Origin: a virus
Taxonomy: Duplodnaviria > Caudoviricetes
IMG/VR virus record: IMGVR_UViG_3300012953_007301
Span: 1 to 32,853 of that record
DNA length: 32,853 nucleotides
Strand: one strand, 5' to 3'
Shown here: positions 6,184 through 15,769 of the stretch, one piece after another
Layout: every line of letters starts with the position of its first letter
Numbering within the stretch: position 1 is the first letter of the stretch
Notes under the pieces: model-generated
Databases searched by the model: none
Told to the model about the DNA's origin: nothing
What the model saw: only the letters and a program-made list of their open reading frames with translations
Program-made: the position numbers and the translations under genes

Positions 6184-7791
6184 ATGCTACAACTTTTCCC
6201 GTATGATGAACCTAGAGAGCAACAAAAGATAGCGATGGATTTTATTCACGATTCTTTTATCTCTAATAACAAGAAATTCTGTGTGATAGAAGCCGGGACT
6301 GGTGTAGGTAAAAGCGCTTTAGGCGTTTACGCTGCCAACCTTTTGGCACCGGTACAGACAGAAAAAGAAAAGGGTGCTTATTTCTTGACTACTCAAAAAA
6401 TATTACAAGCACAATACATGGACGACTTTGCAGCTGGTCAAAGTATGCTTTCTCTTAAGTCGTCCTCCAACTACAGCTGTAAATATTACAAGGGTTCAAC
6501 CTGCGGTGAAAGCTTAAGACTACTAAGATCAACACCTAAGGATTCTCCATTTTGGAGATGCTGCGCTATCGGATGCAATTATAAAAAAGAAAAGGATCGA
6601 TTCATTAATGGGAAGAAAGGTGTAACCAACTTCTCTTATTTCCTGGCGGAAACCGTATACGCTGGAAAGCTTAAGCCTAGAAACTTGATGGTGATTGACG
6701 AGGCTCATAACGCCTCGAACGAGCTGTCTAAATTTATTGAGGTCACAATTTCAGAAAGGTTTTGTAAGTCACAAAACATACAGCTGCCTAAGGATGTAAC
6801 CCAAGGAAAGGCTTATCAATGGATAGAAGACACGTACTACCCTCACATCAAATCCAGACTTAAACACATGGAGAGTGTGATGGAAAAGTACAGCGGTCTA
6901 AAAGACAAGATCAAAGAAATACAAAAGGTTTCCACTAATTTTGATCTTCTAGACAAGCATGTCTGTAAGGTTAAAAGATTCATAGACCGGTATGAAAGAG
7001 ACAACTGGGTCTTTAATCTGATCCCAGCTGAAGGGCGATCTATGAGAAAGATGGAGTTTAAGCCGATCGATGTTTCTAAATACGCTCATGAACATTTATT
7101 CGATAGAGCTGATAAGGTCCTCCTTATGAGTGCCACTATCTTAGACAAGAATGCTTTCTGCGAGCTTCTGGGTGTAAAAGAGAGTGAGTGTGCTTTTCTA
7201 TCCTTACCTAGCCCGTTTCCGGTTGAGAATCGGCCTGTCATTACAGCTGGGATTGGAAAGATGTCATCCCAACATATAGAGCAAACGCTACCTAGGTTGG
7301 CTAAGGCGGTGGAGTCCATTATCATGGAGCATAATGAAGAGAAAGGAATAATCCACTGCCACTCTTACAAGATCGCAAATTATCTTAAGAGGAACGTTAG
7401 GAAAGGAAAGTACCGCCTGATATACCATTCATCAGAAGATAGAGATGAGGCTTTAGAGAGGCACCGGAAATCAGACAAACCTACAATACTACTGTCTCCT
7501 TCGATGACCGAGGGGGTTGATCTAAGGGATGATTTAAGCCGTTTTCAAATAATTTGTAAGATACCCTATCCCTACTTAGGAGATAAATTGATTCGTAAGA
7601 AAATGAATAAATGGAAATGGTGGTATCCGCTGCAAACGGCTAAGACGATTATTCAGGCGATCGGAAGATCAGTCAGATCAAAAGACGACTATGCAACTAC
7701 TTATATTTTGGATGAAGACTGGAACAGGTTCTATAGCATGAATCGTCGACTGTTCCCAGAGGAGTTCAATGAAACCATCAACAGTAATTGA
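6184..7791 (+). CDS. dinG: DinG/YoaA/XPD-family SF2 helicase
   Basis: Q motif (PREQQ), EAGTGVGKS, Cys cluster (NYSC..TC..CC..GC) in the Fe-S position, DEAH, MSAT, EGVD, QAIGRSVR; AAGGAG at 6171. Confidence 0.88.
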   Translation: MLQLFPYDEPREQQKIAMDFIHDSFISNNKKFCVIEAGTGVGKSALGVYAANLLAPVQTEKEKGAYFLTTQKILQAQYMDDFAAGQSMLSLKSSSNYSCKYYKGSTCGESLRLLRSTPKDSPFWRCCAIGCNYKKEKDRFINGKKGVTNFSYFLAETVYAGKLKPRNLMVIDEAHNASNELSKFIEVTISERFCKSQNIQLPKDVTQGKAYQWIEDTYYPHIKSRLKHMESVMEKYSGLKDKIKEIQKVSTNFDLLDKHVCKVKRFIDRYERDNWVFNLIPAEGRSMRKMEFKPIDVSKYAHEHLFDRADKVLLMSATILDKNAFCELLGVKESECAFLSLPSPFPVENRPVITAGIGKMSSQHIEQTLPRLAKAVESIIMEHNEEKGIIHCHSYKIANYLKRNVRKGKYRLIYHSSEDRDEALERHRKSDKPTILLSPSMTEGVDLRDDLSRFQIICKIPYPYLGDKLIRKKMNKWKWWYPLQTAKTIIQAIGRSVRSKDDYATTYILDEDWNRFYSMNRRLFPEEFNETINSN

Positions 7792-8113
7792 TAAGCCGTG
7801 GGGCTTTGAAAAGATATGGGCTTTCTCTAACCGTGAAGATGGCTACGTCGGAAAAATTATTCATATCAAGGACGGACACCGGTTATCACTTCAAAAGCAC
7901 GAGAAAAAAGAAGAGACTATTTTAGTGATGAATGGGACTCTTGAATTAGTTCTGGAAGATGGTATTCTGTGTCTTAACGAGGGTGATTCCTTTCACATCA
8001 CTCCCGGTGTAGTACACCGATTCTCTGCCGCTAGCGGTGATTGTACTTTAATCGAAGTTAGCACTAAAGAGTTGGATGACGTAATCAGACTAGAGGATGA
8101 TTATGGTAGGTAA
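7769..8113 (+). CDS. Cupin domain protein (mannose-6-phosphate isomerase type II C-terminal-like)
   Basis: KPWGFE...LSLQKHEKKEET...GDSFHITPGVVHRF...EVST...DDVIRLEDDYGR. Confidence 0.85.
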   Translation: MKPSTVIDKPWGFEKIWAFSNREDGYVGKIIHIKDGHRLSLQKHEKKEETILVMNGTLELVLEDGILCLNEGDSFHITPGVVHRFSAASGDCTLIEVSTKELDDVIRLEDDYGR

Positions 8114-8525
8114 AAGCAGAACAGGCCCGGGCCCCGGAGCAGGGTTCATCATAGTCAAGGGAAACAAAAACAAGAAAATATTGGCTCTAATCAACCATGA
8201 TGGGACATATGACCTACCAAAAGGTGCTCTTGACAATACTGACTCGAGCTTTTTGAGCTGTGCCAAAAGAGAATGTTTTGAAGAGTGCGGGATAAAATTA
8301 AAAAACGTAGACCTAATCAAATCTGTTCCACCTATATCCAGCGGAAAGCTAGTAGTGTTTACAGCCAGAACTCAACAGAAGCCCCAGATCACCAAGAATC
8401 CTCATACTGGAATCTGGGAGCATTGTGGGTTCGAGTGGGTTACCACAGAGGGATTTAAGCAAAACACCTCAAAGTTTCTGGCTGACGCTATAACTCAATT
8501 CGAAAATTATATTTTCTTATTCTAG
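8097..8525 (+). CDS. Nudix hydrolase
   Basis: LPKG-x5-D-x7-RECFEECGI Nudix box with Asp for the first Glu; EH..FEW. The start may be ATG 8103. Confidence 0.85.
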   Translation: MIMVGKSRTGPGPGAGFIIVKGNKNKKILALINHDGTYDLPKGALDNTDSSFLSCAKRECFEECGIKLKNVDLIKSVPPISSGKLVVFTARTQQKPQITKNPHTGIWEHCGFEWVTTEGFKQNTSKFLADAITQFENYIFLF

Positions 8526-8540
8526 CATAAAATTTATATT

Positions 8541-8556
8541 TAGACATATATGTCTA
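8541..8556. promoter_or_regulatory. Perfect 16-bp palindrome over the yeaH start codon
   Basis: TAGACATA|TATGTCTA contains the ATG at 8550-8552. Function is unknown. Confidence 0.4.
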
Positions 8557-9722
8557 CTTTTAAAGAAAATAAAAACGTCTCTGACCGATCTGGCTCTGAC
8601 AGGCAGAGGCACAAAGAAAAAATCGACAAAGCGATAAAGGAAGGGATCCATGACATTGTCGCCGATGAATCTATTATCGGTCAAGATGGTAAGAAAAAAA
8701 TTAAGATACCAGTCAAGGGCATTAAGGAATATCGCTTTGTTTACGGTGACAATGAAAACAAAAAGAATGTAGGATCGGCAGAAGGTCAAGACATTCACAG
8801 AGGCCAAAAGGTTGGGCAGCGAGGGAAGGGATCCCCAGCTAAACCAAACAAAGCGGGTAACGAAAAGGGCGAAGAGTATTATGAGGTTGAAATTACCTTA
8901 GATGAATTGTCAGCCTACCTGTTTGATCATTTTAAGCTACCAAACATGGAGAAAAAGAAGTTCAAAAATATCTCCAGTAAATCGTTCAAGAGAAGTGGCT
9001 ACAGAAATGAAGGCATCCGGCCTAGACTCGATAAAAAAGAAACCATCAAGAAAAAAATCAAAAGAAAAAAGAAAGCCATAAAAAATAGCACTTACGATCC
9101 GGAAAATGAAGAGCGCTTTGGTTTTCATCACGATGATCTAAGATATCGCTTCATCAAAGAAAAAAAGAAACCGACATCGAACGCTGCAATATTCTTTATA
9201 ATGGATGTATCAGGTTCGATGACCAAGCAGAAAAAGTTTTTGGCTAGAAGCTTCTTCTTTCTTTTGTACCACTTCATCCGTTCAAAATATGAAAACACTG
9301 AGCATTGCTTTATATCTCATGACACTAGCGCAGCTGAAGTTAATGAAGATGATTTTTTCGCGAAAGGTTCGACAGGAGGAACGCTTGTTTCAACCGGACT
9401 AGATAAATGTCTAGATGTTATAGATACAAGATACCACCCGGACACCTGGAACATATACACTTTTCAGTGTTCTGATGGAGATAATTGGCCTGAAGATAAC
9501 GACGGTGCGGTTAAAAGCGCTCGCAGATTGGCATCCTTAAGCCAGTTTTTTGGTTACTGCGAAATAGAGCCGCGAGAAGGAAGGGGAGCGTGGTTGCAGA
9601 TGTCCACGCTGTCAGAGATATTCGGTCCGCTGGTAAAAGATAATTTTAAAATCGCAGAGATTAGGAATAAAGACGATGTCTGGTTAGCTTTCCAGAGATT
9701 TTTTGGAGGCTTTAATGAGTGA
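8550..9722 (+). CDS. yeaH: YeaH/YhbH (DUF444) vWA-domain protein
   Basis: DRQRHKEKI, IPVKGIKEYRF, GFHHDDLRYR, MIDAS-type FIMDVSGSM, GGTLVS, SDGDNW, FGYCEI. Confidence 0.92.
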   Translation: MSTFKENKNVSDRSGSDRQRHKEKIDKAIKEGIHDIVADESIIGQDGKKKIKIPVKGIKEYRFVYGDNENKKNVGSAEGQDIHRGQKVGQRGKGSPAKPNKAGNEKGEEYYEVEITLDELSAYLFDHFKLPNMEKKKFKNISSKSFKRSGYRNEGIRPRLDKKETIKKKIKRKKKAIKNSTYDPENEERFGFHHDDLRYRFIKEKKKPTSNAAIFFIMDVSGSMTKQKKFLARSFFFLLYHFIRSKYENTEHCFISHDTSAAEVNEDDFFAKGSTGGTLVSTGLDKCLDVIDTRYHPDTWNIYTFQCSDGDNWPEDNDGAVKSARRLASLSQFFGYCEIEPREGRGAWLQMSTLSEIFGPLVKDNFKIAEIRNKDDVWLAFQRFFGGFNE

Positions 9723-11019
9723 CTGGAGCATAAAAGATTTAGAAGAATGGGATGACAGAATTATAGAGTTAGCAAAAACTCATGATCTTGACTGGTTTCC
9801 TATATCATATGAAATATGTGACTATTACGCAATGATAGGAAATATGGCATATCACGGTATGCCACTGCACTATCGCCATTGGAGCTACGGTAAGTCTTTT
9901 GAAAGAACGCACCAGATGTATAACCTAGGTGCGGAAGGATTACCTTACGAGCTTATAATAAACAGTGATCCATCGATCGCGTATCTCATGAGAGAAAACC
10001 CATTTTACCTGCAGCTTTTAATCATGTGTCACTGTGTTGGTCACTCTGACTTTTTTAAGAACAACTTAACGTTCGCGAAGACTAGACCAGAGAATGTTAT
10101 TCAGAGATTTAAAAACGCAAAAAAGAGAATAGATTCTTACATAGAGGATCCCAGCATAGGAATAGAGAAAGTGGAGAGAGTGCTTGATTGCGCTCATGCA
10201 TTATCTATGAATATCTCGCCCAGCTGTAAGGATTATGTTCCGCACCAATCCAGAAGAAAAGATCTAATCAAGAGAATAAAGTCTGGAGATGCATCAGTTA
10301 AAGATAGAAATCCTGACATATTTCCGATTGAGGATGAGATTGATATATTAGCTTTTGTCGGCGAGATGGCTCTTAACCTAGAAGATTGGGAACGTGACAT
10401 AATAGAGATCGTTAGACAGGAATCGATGTATTTCATGCCACAGATCAGGACCAAAATTATGAATGAAGGATGGGCTTCGTTTTGGCACTATCGCCTTATG
10501 CATAATCTAGATCTACCGCAAAAATATCACATTCCGTTTTTAAAGAGCCATAACCAGGTTGTGAGACCGCATTTAGGGCGTATTAACCCTTATCATCTGG
10601 GGTTCTACCTTTTCAATAAAATAGAAGAAAGATACGGGTTAGAAGAATGTTTTATCGCTAGAGAAGTCTGTCATGATGAGTCATTCTTGAGGCAATATCT
10701 AACGAAAGAAGACTGTTATGAATTAAACTTGTTTTCGTATTCATTGTATAAAAGAGATTATGTTATTAATGAAGTCTCTGACGACGATGGATGGAAAGAA
10801 GTAAAGTCTTCTTTAATAAAGCAGGTTGGGTCAAATTCTATACCTAAGATAATCATAAAAGAATTAAAGCCCAATAATGTATTAAGGATTCATCATGAAC
10901 ATGATGGAAGAGATCTAGAATTAGGTTACGCAGAGAAAGTAGTCGATTATATTACTACATTATGGGGTGGTGTTGTTCGGCTAGACACAGTAATAGAACA
11001 TGAGCCATTCGAAATTTAG
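9715..11019 (+). CDS. spoVR: SpoVR/YcgB family protein
   Basis: YHGMPLHYRHWSYGK, YELIINSDP, HCVGHSDFFKNN, TKIMNEGWASFWH, NPYHLG, LWG. Start moved to ATG 9715 (GGAGG at 9705). Confidence 0.93.
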   Translation: MSDWSIKDLEEWDDRIIELAKTHDLDWFPISYEICDYYAMIGNMAYHGMPLHYRHWSYGKSFERTHQMYNLGAEGLPYELIINSDPSIAYLMRENPFYLQLLIMCHCVGHSDFFKNNLTFAKTRPENVIQRFKNAKKRIDSYIEDPSIGIEKVERVLDCAHALSMNISPSCKDYVPHQSRRKDLIKRIKSGDASVKDRNPDIFPIEDEIDILAFVGEMALNLEDWERDIIEIVRQESMYFMPQIRTKIMNEGWASFWHYRLMHNLDLPQKYHIPFLKSHNQVVRPHLGRINPYHLGFYLFNKIEERYGLEECFIAREVCHDESFLRQYLTKEDCYELNLFSYSLYKRDYVINEVSDDDGWKEVKSSLIKQVGSNSIPKIIIKELKPNNVLRIHHEHDGRDLELGYAEKVVDYITTLWGGVVRLDTVIEHEPFEI

Positions 11020-11027
11020 GAGACGTT

Positions 11028-12959
11028 GTGAGCAACAAGAAGAGCTTTTTAAAATTAATTGAAGGACAGAGAAAAAAGGTAAAAAAAGAAAAGTTCAAGG
11101 GGGACTTTCTTGATTTCCTAGACCTGGTCAAAAAGAAACCAGACGTAGCAGATGCAGCCCACAAAAAGCTATATGACACGCTGGTAGATCATGGTGTCTC
11201 TGTTATGGAAGACAGTAACCCAAGAAAAAATAAGATATTCGATGGTGAGAATGTCAAGATCTACGACTACTTTAAGAGCGAGTTTTTCGGATCAGAAAGA
11301 GTTATTTCAAAGATCATGAGGTTCCTTAAATCAGCTGCAGCTAGAGGGGAAGAGTCTAGGCAGGTCTTGTTGCTAATGGGTCCTGTCGGAGCTGGTAAGT
11401 CTGCGCTTACAGAACATATTAAAAGATCCCTAGATGGCGTTAGCTACTTTCATATTGACGGTGACCCACAAAAAGGTAATCCGCTACAACTCATACCTCG
11501 AGGTATCAGAGGCGCGTTCGAAGAAGAGCTAGGTGTTAAAATTGAGGGTGATATATCACCACCGGTCAGGTACCAGCTTCTTCAAGAAATGGATGGAAGA
11601 TATGAAGACTTCCAAGTTGTAGAGACTAGTTTTTCTCAAAGAGGTAGAAGAGGTGTGGCTTCAGTCCCACCAATGGACGCAAACTCACAAGACGTTTCAG
11701 TATTAATTGGCTCTGAAGATATCTCTAAACTAGATCTTTACTCAGAAGATGATCCTCGTGTACTATCTCTTAATGGCGCCTTTAATATCGGCAACAGAGG
11801 AATTGTAGAGTTTATTGAGCTTTTTAAGAATGAGATTGAGTTTCTTCACACAATAATCACCGCGACCCAAGAGAAAAGAGTTCCCGCCCCAGGAAAGCAC
11901 GACATGATCCACTTTGATGGAGTTATTATCGCTCACTGTAACGAAGCCGAATGGAATCGGTTTCAGAGCGAACATACAAATGAAGCTATTATTGATCGAG
12001 TGGTGAAAGTAAATGTTCCTTATGTTTTAGAACTTGATCAAGAAATCAAGATATACGAAAAGCTTCTTTCTAGATCAAGTTTCGATAGCCATATCGCTCC
12101 GCATACGCTAAGAATCGCTTCAATGTTCAGCGTGATGTCCAGACTTAAAACTTCTGGTAAGTGTGATCCATTGACGAAGATGAAGATATACAATGGCGAA
12201 GATGTTATTGAGAAAGGCAGAGTCAAGAAGATTGACATAAAGGACTTGAGGGAAGAGGCGGCCCATGAGGGTATGAGCGGTATTTCAACAAGGTTTATTA
12301 TGAAATCTGTTGACTGTGCCCTCTCGGATAGCGATAAGGGCTTTATAACGCCAATATCTATAATGGATACGATAGCCAAGAACTGTAAGGAACAGATTGT
12401 AGATGAAGCCTTTAAGCAAGAGTGCTTGACTATCTTACAAGACGTTGTAAGAAAAGAATACTTGAGGATCTTAGAGAATGAAATAGCTAAGGCATTCGTA
12501 GCAGCGTACGAAGAGCAGGCGCAGTCTTTATTTGAGACTTACCTAGATAATGCTGAAGCTTTTGCTATGAAGACAAAGATGAAAGACAAAGTGACGAATG
12601 AAGAAATGCAGCCTGATGAAAAGTTCATGGGAACCATTGAGGAATGCATTGGCATCGTCGGATCATCTAAAGACGGATTCAGATCAGACGTAACTGCCTA
12701 CATGTTCGCCAAGGTTAGAAGAGGCGAAACCATAGATTACAGAAGTTACGAGCCCTTGAAAGAAGCCATTGAAAGCTACCTAATCAATAGTGTCAAGGAC
12801 ATGGCTAGAATAGTTACGAAGTCCAAGACTAGAGATGATAAGCAAAAGAAAAAGTACAACAATATGGTAAAAACAATGATTGATGATTATGGTTATACAG
12901 AGGAGTCTGCTGAGGAAATCTTAGTATACGCCAGTAATAACCTTTGGAGGGATTCATGA
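11028..12959 (+). CDS. prkA: PrkA/YeaG family AAA+ protein (annotated serine kinase)
   Basis: Walker A LLMGPVGAGKS, GNRGIVEFIELFK, AHCNEAEW, EAIIDR, VPYVL, IAPHTL, EGMSGISTRF, YGY...SAEEIL; GTG start with AGGAG. Confidence 0.93.
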   Translation: MSNKKSFLKLIEGQRKKVKKEKFKGDFLDFLDLVKKKPDVADAAHKKLYDTLVDHGVSVMEDSNPRKNKIFDGENVKIYDYFKSEFFGSERVISKIMRFLKSAAARGEESRQVLLLMGPVGAGKSALTEHIKRSLDGVSYFHIDGDPQKGNPLQLIPRGIRGAFEEELGVKIEGDISPPVRYQLLQEMDGRYEDFQVVETSFSQRGRRGVASVPPMDANSQDVSVLIGSEDISKLDLYSEDDPRVLSLNGAFNIGNRGIVEFIELFKNEIEFLHTIITATQEKRVPAPGKHDMIHFDGVIIAHCNEAEWNRFQSEHTNEAIIDRVVKVNVPYVLELDQEIKIYEKLLSRSSFDSHIAPHTLRIASMFSVMSRLKTSGKCDPLTKMKIYNGEDVIEKGRVKKIDIKDLREEAAHEGMSGISTRFIMKSVDCALSDSDKGFITPISIMDTIAKNCKEQIVDEAFKQECLTILQDVVRKEYLRILENEIAKAFVAAYEEQAQSLFETYLDNAEAFAMKTKMKDKVTNEEMQPDEKFMGTIEECIGIVGSSKDGFRSDVTAYMFAKVRRGETIDYRSYEPLKEAIESYLINSVKDMARIVTKSKTRDDKQKKKYNNMVKTMIDDYGYTEESAEEILVYASNNLWRDS

Positions 12960-13201
12960 AAAATATCGGAGCCAGTGAAATTCTGATTTTAGCGTCATCT
13001 ATCATGGCATTTGCAAATTTAAACCTAGCGATTGTGACCTTGTCATTAGGCGTGCTCGGTTCTTTTTTTAGATACTGCGTGGCGTATAGCGAAAAACAAG
13101 CAGCTGCCAAAGAAATTGAGGGTGCTGCAGAGAACTTCACAAACATGCTTAGCGGCCTAGCAGCTGGTATGGGATCAAAAGACAGAAACAACCTCCACTA
13201 A
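12956..13201 (+). CDS. Small membrane protein
   Basis: ATGA overlap with the prkA stop and GGAGG upstream; long hydrophobic N-terminal stretch, polar tail. Confidence 0.7.
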   Translation: MKNIGASEILILASSIMAFANLNLAIVTLSLGVLGSFFRYCVAYSEKQAAAKEIEGAAENFTNMLSGLAAGMGSKDRNNLH

Positions 13202-13202
13202 A

Positions 13203-14405
13203 ATGTTAAGCTCAATCTATCCTGTAGACAGATCAGAGATCGATCTTTTTTTCGAAGAGTTAGAGCTTTTTTGTGAGCAACAAAAATCAAATAAATTAGT
13301 TTATTTTGGGTACGAGGAAATTTGTAACGTAGCCTTTGCAGAAACTTACAGATCTATATTAGATTTTGAATTTAGCAATCAACATATTAGAGATCTACTA
13401 ATATCACAAATTGAATCTTTGCAGAGCTACAGCCCATCAGCTGCGTCTTTTTTACCTTTTCTTATAAACGCCTTGAGGCAGCGAGGTAACGTACCTGAAA
13501 ACCAAGATCTAATGAGCGCCGCAAAGGAAGCAGAGATCGGTTTAATTAAAGAAATTCTACAGCAGCAATTCGCATACTCAAGCCTGCTTAAGTCTAACGA
13601 CCTAGTTGAGATCTTCGAAAAAAATGGTTTCATTTCAAATTTTGATATCAAGAAATCCAACAGCTTTCAAAACGCTTGTGTTTTTGAGTCTGGAATGTCT
13701 ATCCACTGCAGTCTACATTCTGCTTTTTTCAAGAATAAAGAATCTATTAATTTAAATAATGCACAGATAGTGGTTTATGATGGGTTCATCAAAGATGTTT
13801 CTGAGATTAATCTTATCCTGAATCTTTCTATGGAAAAAGACACCTCTTTCTTGGTACTTGCAAAAGGCGCTGATCACAGTGTTTTAAATACTTGCGCTGT
13901 CAATCTAGATCTAGGGAAGTGTAGAGTTTGTGTTGCTGAGCCTTCACCTGATTTCTGGAACGATGTAATACACAAGGTCTGTGATCCTCTAAAGCTTTCC
14001 ACTTACGGGTTTGTAACAGGACGGCTTCTTAATAATTACGAGCTTCGCGAAAGCTCTGACGTCTCTGTTTTAATCAACAGAGCTGAAATTTTCTTTAAAA
14101 GTAAAGCATTAGATCTTTCACACAGCGCTAGAACTTCAATACTTCTGAACGAAAGTGCATGGAATAAAAAGGGTCTTATATTTGATCAATTGAACTTTTT
14201 CTCGAGTATGTTACAACAAATTGCGACCTGTGGATTGATTTCGAATAATGACTTTTATGACTTATCTGGCGTAGATGTTAATAAAGAGACTGGGCTAGCT
14301 ACTACACACCACCCGGCTTTTGCGGTGTCTCGAGCTTTAAAAGAAGCAGAAACGGCGTTAAACAAGATACTTAGTGTTGGTTATCTGGTAAGGCTAGAAC
14401 GGTAA
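13203..14405 (+). CDS. Highly diverged, shortened GroEL/Cpn60-like protein
   Basis: FESGMSI...SAFF...NLNNAQIVVYDGFIKDVSEINLIL...FLVLAKGADHSVLNTCAVNLDLGKCRVCVAE aligns by eye to the GroEL apical domain. The C-terminus HPAFAVSRALKEAETALNKILSVGYLV parallels [27 protein letters not shown]. Confidence 0.65.
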   Translation: MLSSIYPVDRSEIDLFFEELELFCEQQKSNKLVYFGYEEICNVAFAETYRSILDFEFSNQHIRDLLISQIESLQSYSPSAASFLPFLINALRQRGNVPENQDLMSAAKEAEIGLIKEILQQQFAYSSLLKSNDLVEIFEKNGFISNFDIKKSNSFQNACVFESGMSIHCSLHSAFFKNKESINLNNAQIVVYDGFIKDVSEINLILNLSMEKDTSFLVLAKGADHSVLNTCAVNLDLGKCRVCVAEPSPDFWNDVIHKVCDPLKLSTYGFVTGRLLNNYELRESSDVSVLINRAEIFFKSKALDLSHSARTSILLNESAWNKKGLIFDQLNFFSSMLQQIATCGLISNNDFYDLSGVDVNKETGLATTHHPAFAVSRALKEAETALNKILSVGYLVRLER

Positions 14406-14406
14406 A

Positions 14407-14868
14407 TTGAAAGATAAATGGAAAAATTCTGTTGGTAGACAATTTGAAATTCCAGAGATCATTGATGTTATCAAAAAATACCCAAGCTCCCAAATCCACA
14501 TAGGGACCGACTCTCACTTTAAATCAGGAAGCCTTATATTCGCCACAGTAATAGCCGTCTATGATCCCGGGGAGTGTTCAAAGTACTTTTTTAAAAGAAC
14601 TTTTGAGAATAAAAACTATAGAACAGCATTATCTTCTAGGCTTCTAAAAGAAGTCCAGGATTCCATCGATACCGCGGTGTCTATTAAGAGTATGATAGGC
14701 GAACATAGGAAGATATTCGTCCACGCCGATATTAGCGAAAATAAGAAAAACAAAAGTAATGTTGTATGTGATCAAGCCAGACAATGGATCACCGCCATGG
14801 GGTTTGGTTGCCGTATGAAGCCAATATCATGGGCTTCATCATCCATAGCCGATTTACACGCCAAGTAG
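14407..14868 (+). CDS. YkuK/DUF458 RNase H-like protein
   Basis: IHIGTDSH, FATVIAV, RLLKEV, VHADI, KSN, KP.SWASSSIAD; TTG start. Confidence 0.8.
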   Translation: MKDKWKNSVGRQFEIPEIIDVIKKYPSSQIHIGTDSHFKSGSLIFATVIAVYDPGECSKYFFKRTFENKNYRTALSSRLLKEVQDSIDTAVSIKSMIGEHRKIFVHADISENKKNKSNVVCDQARQWITAMGFGCRMKPISWASSSIADLHAK

Positions 14869-14903
14869 AATCTCTTAAAATTTACTTTATTGCGAGGTTG
14901 AAG

Positions 14904-15365
14904 TTGCAGGGAGTGAAGCATCTAATTGAGTGTCAGTGTATACTGCCACAATATAAACGTAGAGAGAATCCGCCGTTTCATAAGTTTGTCGTTTTCTCGA
15001 TAGTGGATGATTCCGATGACGTTCTAGAAAAATTTGCTCAATGCAACAACTGTGGAATTGTCCATAGAGTTTATGATATATGCAAGTCAGAAATCGCTGT
15101 TGGTCACGAATCTTTAAACAGTTTGCCGACAAGGGAGGATTTTTCCTTGATGTTGCCATCTAGCGTTTCTGATATTTTGAATAGTTACGATTGTGAGCTA
15201 TACATTTGGGAACATGTTTCTTTTATTTTAAACCATGAAAAAATCGGAGAAAAAATAATCATTACGAAGGATGAAATAGAAAAAAAAGTGCAAGGAAAAT
15301 TTCTAACTTATGTAGGTGGTAACCGGTTTAATATAGAGCCGTTTGTGGCTGACTCAGAGTTTTGA
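14904..15365 (+). CDS. Hypothetical Cys-containing (possible Zn-binding) protein
   Basis: KHLIECQC...AQCNNCGIVHRVYDIC. Start moved to TTG 14904 (GAGG 6 nt upstream); GTG 14913 is also possible. Confidence 0.75.
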   Translation: MQGVKHLIECQCILPQYKRRENPPFHKFVVFSIVDDSDDVLEKFAQCNNCGIVHRVYDICKSEIAVGHESLNSLPTREDFSLMLPSSVSDILNSYDCELYIWEHVSFILNHEKIGEKIIITKDEIEKKVQGKFLTYVGGNRFNIEPFVADSEF

Positions 15366-15366
15366 C

Positions 15367-15573
15367 ATGAAAGATCTAGATAAAATAACCAATAGCATGA
15401 AAAAATGCAGAGAGATAAAAAGCGAAATTTTACGTTTCGGGGTAAACCAGTTAGAAATTGAACAATTGATAAAAGTTCTAGCTTTAGAGCTAGAGAACAG
15501 AGAAAAAATGTTGGCAATAATAAATTGTCTAGATGAAAAAAAGACCGGCTCAATATTGATGCCTGAGGAGTAA
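15367..15573 (+). CDS. Small helical hypothetical protein
   Basis: ATG 1 nt after the previous TGA; CREIKSEILRFGVNQ...LALELENRE. Confidence 0.75.
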   Translation: MKDLDKITNSMKKCREIKSEILRFGVNQLEIEQLIKVLALELENREKMLAIINCLDEKKTGSILMPEE

Positions 15574-15576
15574 AGA

Positions 15577-15768
15577 ATGTCTGAATCAAATATAGCAAAT
15601 AAGTGGCAAGAAATTAAAACTCTTATCGAATCACTTGAAGTTGACGTAGTAAAGAATGCAAATGGTAATGCTTCTGCTGGTGTAAGAGCCAGAAGAGGAT
15701 TGCGGGCCTTGAAAGGTGAAGCAGCTGCTTTAGTAAAACTTTCACTGGAAAGCGATAAAAGTAAATGA
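15577..15768 (+). CDS. Histone H1-like (Hc1 family) nucleoid protein
   Basis: K...GNASAGVRARRGLRALK matches the GNKAAGTRAR-type core; GAGGAG upstream. Confidence 0.78.
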   Translation: MSESNIANKWQEIKTLIESLEVDVVKNANGNASAGVRARRGLRALKGEAAALVKLSLESDKSK

Positions 15769-15769
15769 T

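Noticed and set aside
8123-8140. GC-rich quasi-palindrome GGCCCGGGCCCCGG
   Set aside because: It is explained by coding for GPGPG in the Nudix N-terminus, and no U-tract follows.
14784-14903. Long N-terminal extensions given by the track here and at 4247, 9703, 12944, 15343 and 29568
   Set aside because: They overlap upstream genes. Downstream starts with RBS motifs or stop-start overlaps fit better.
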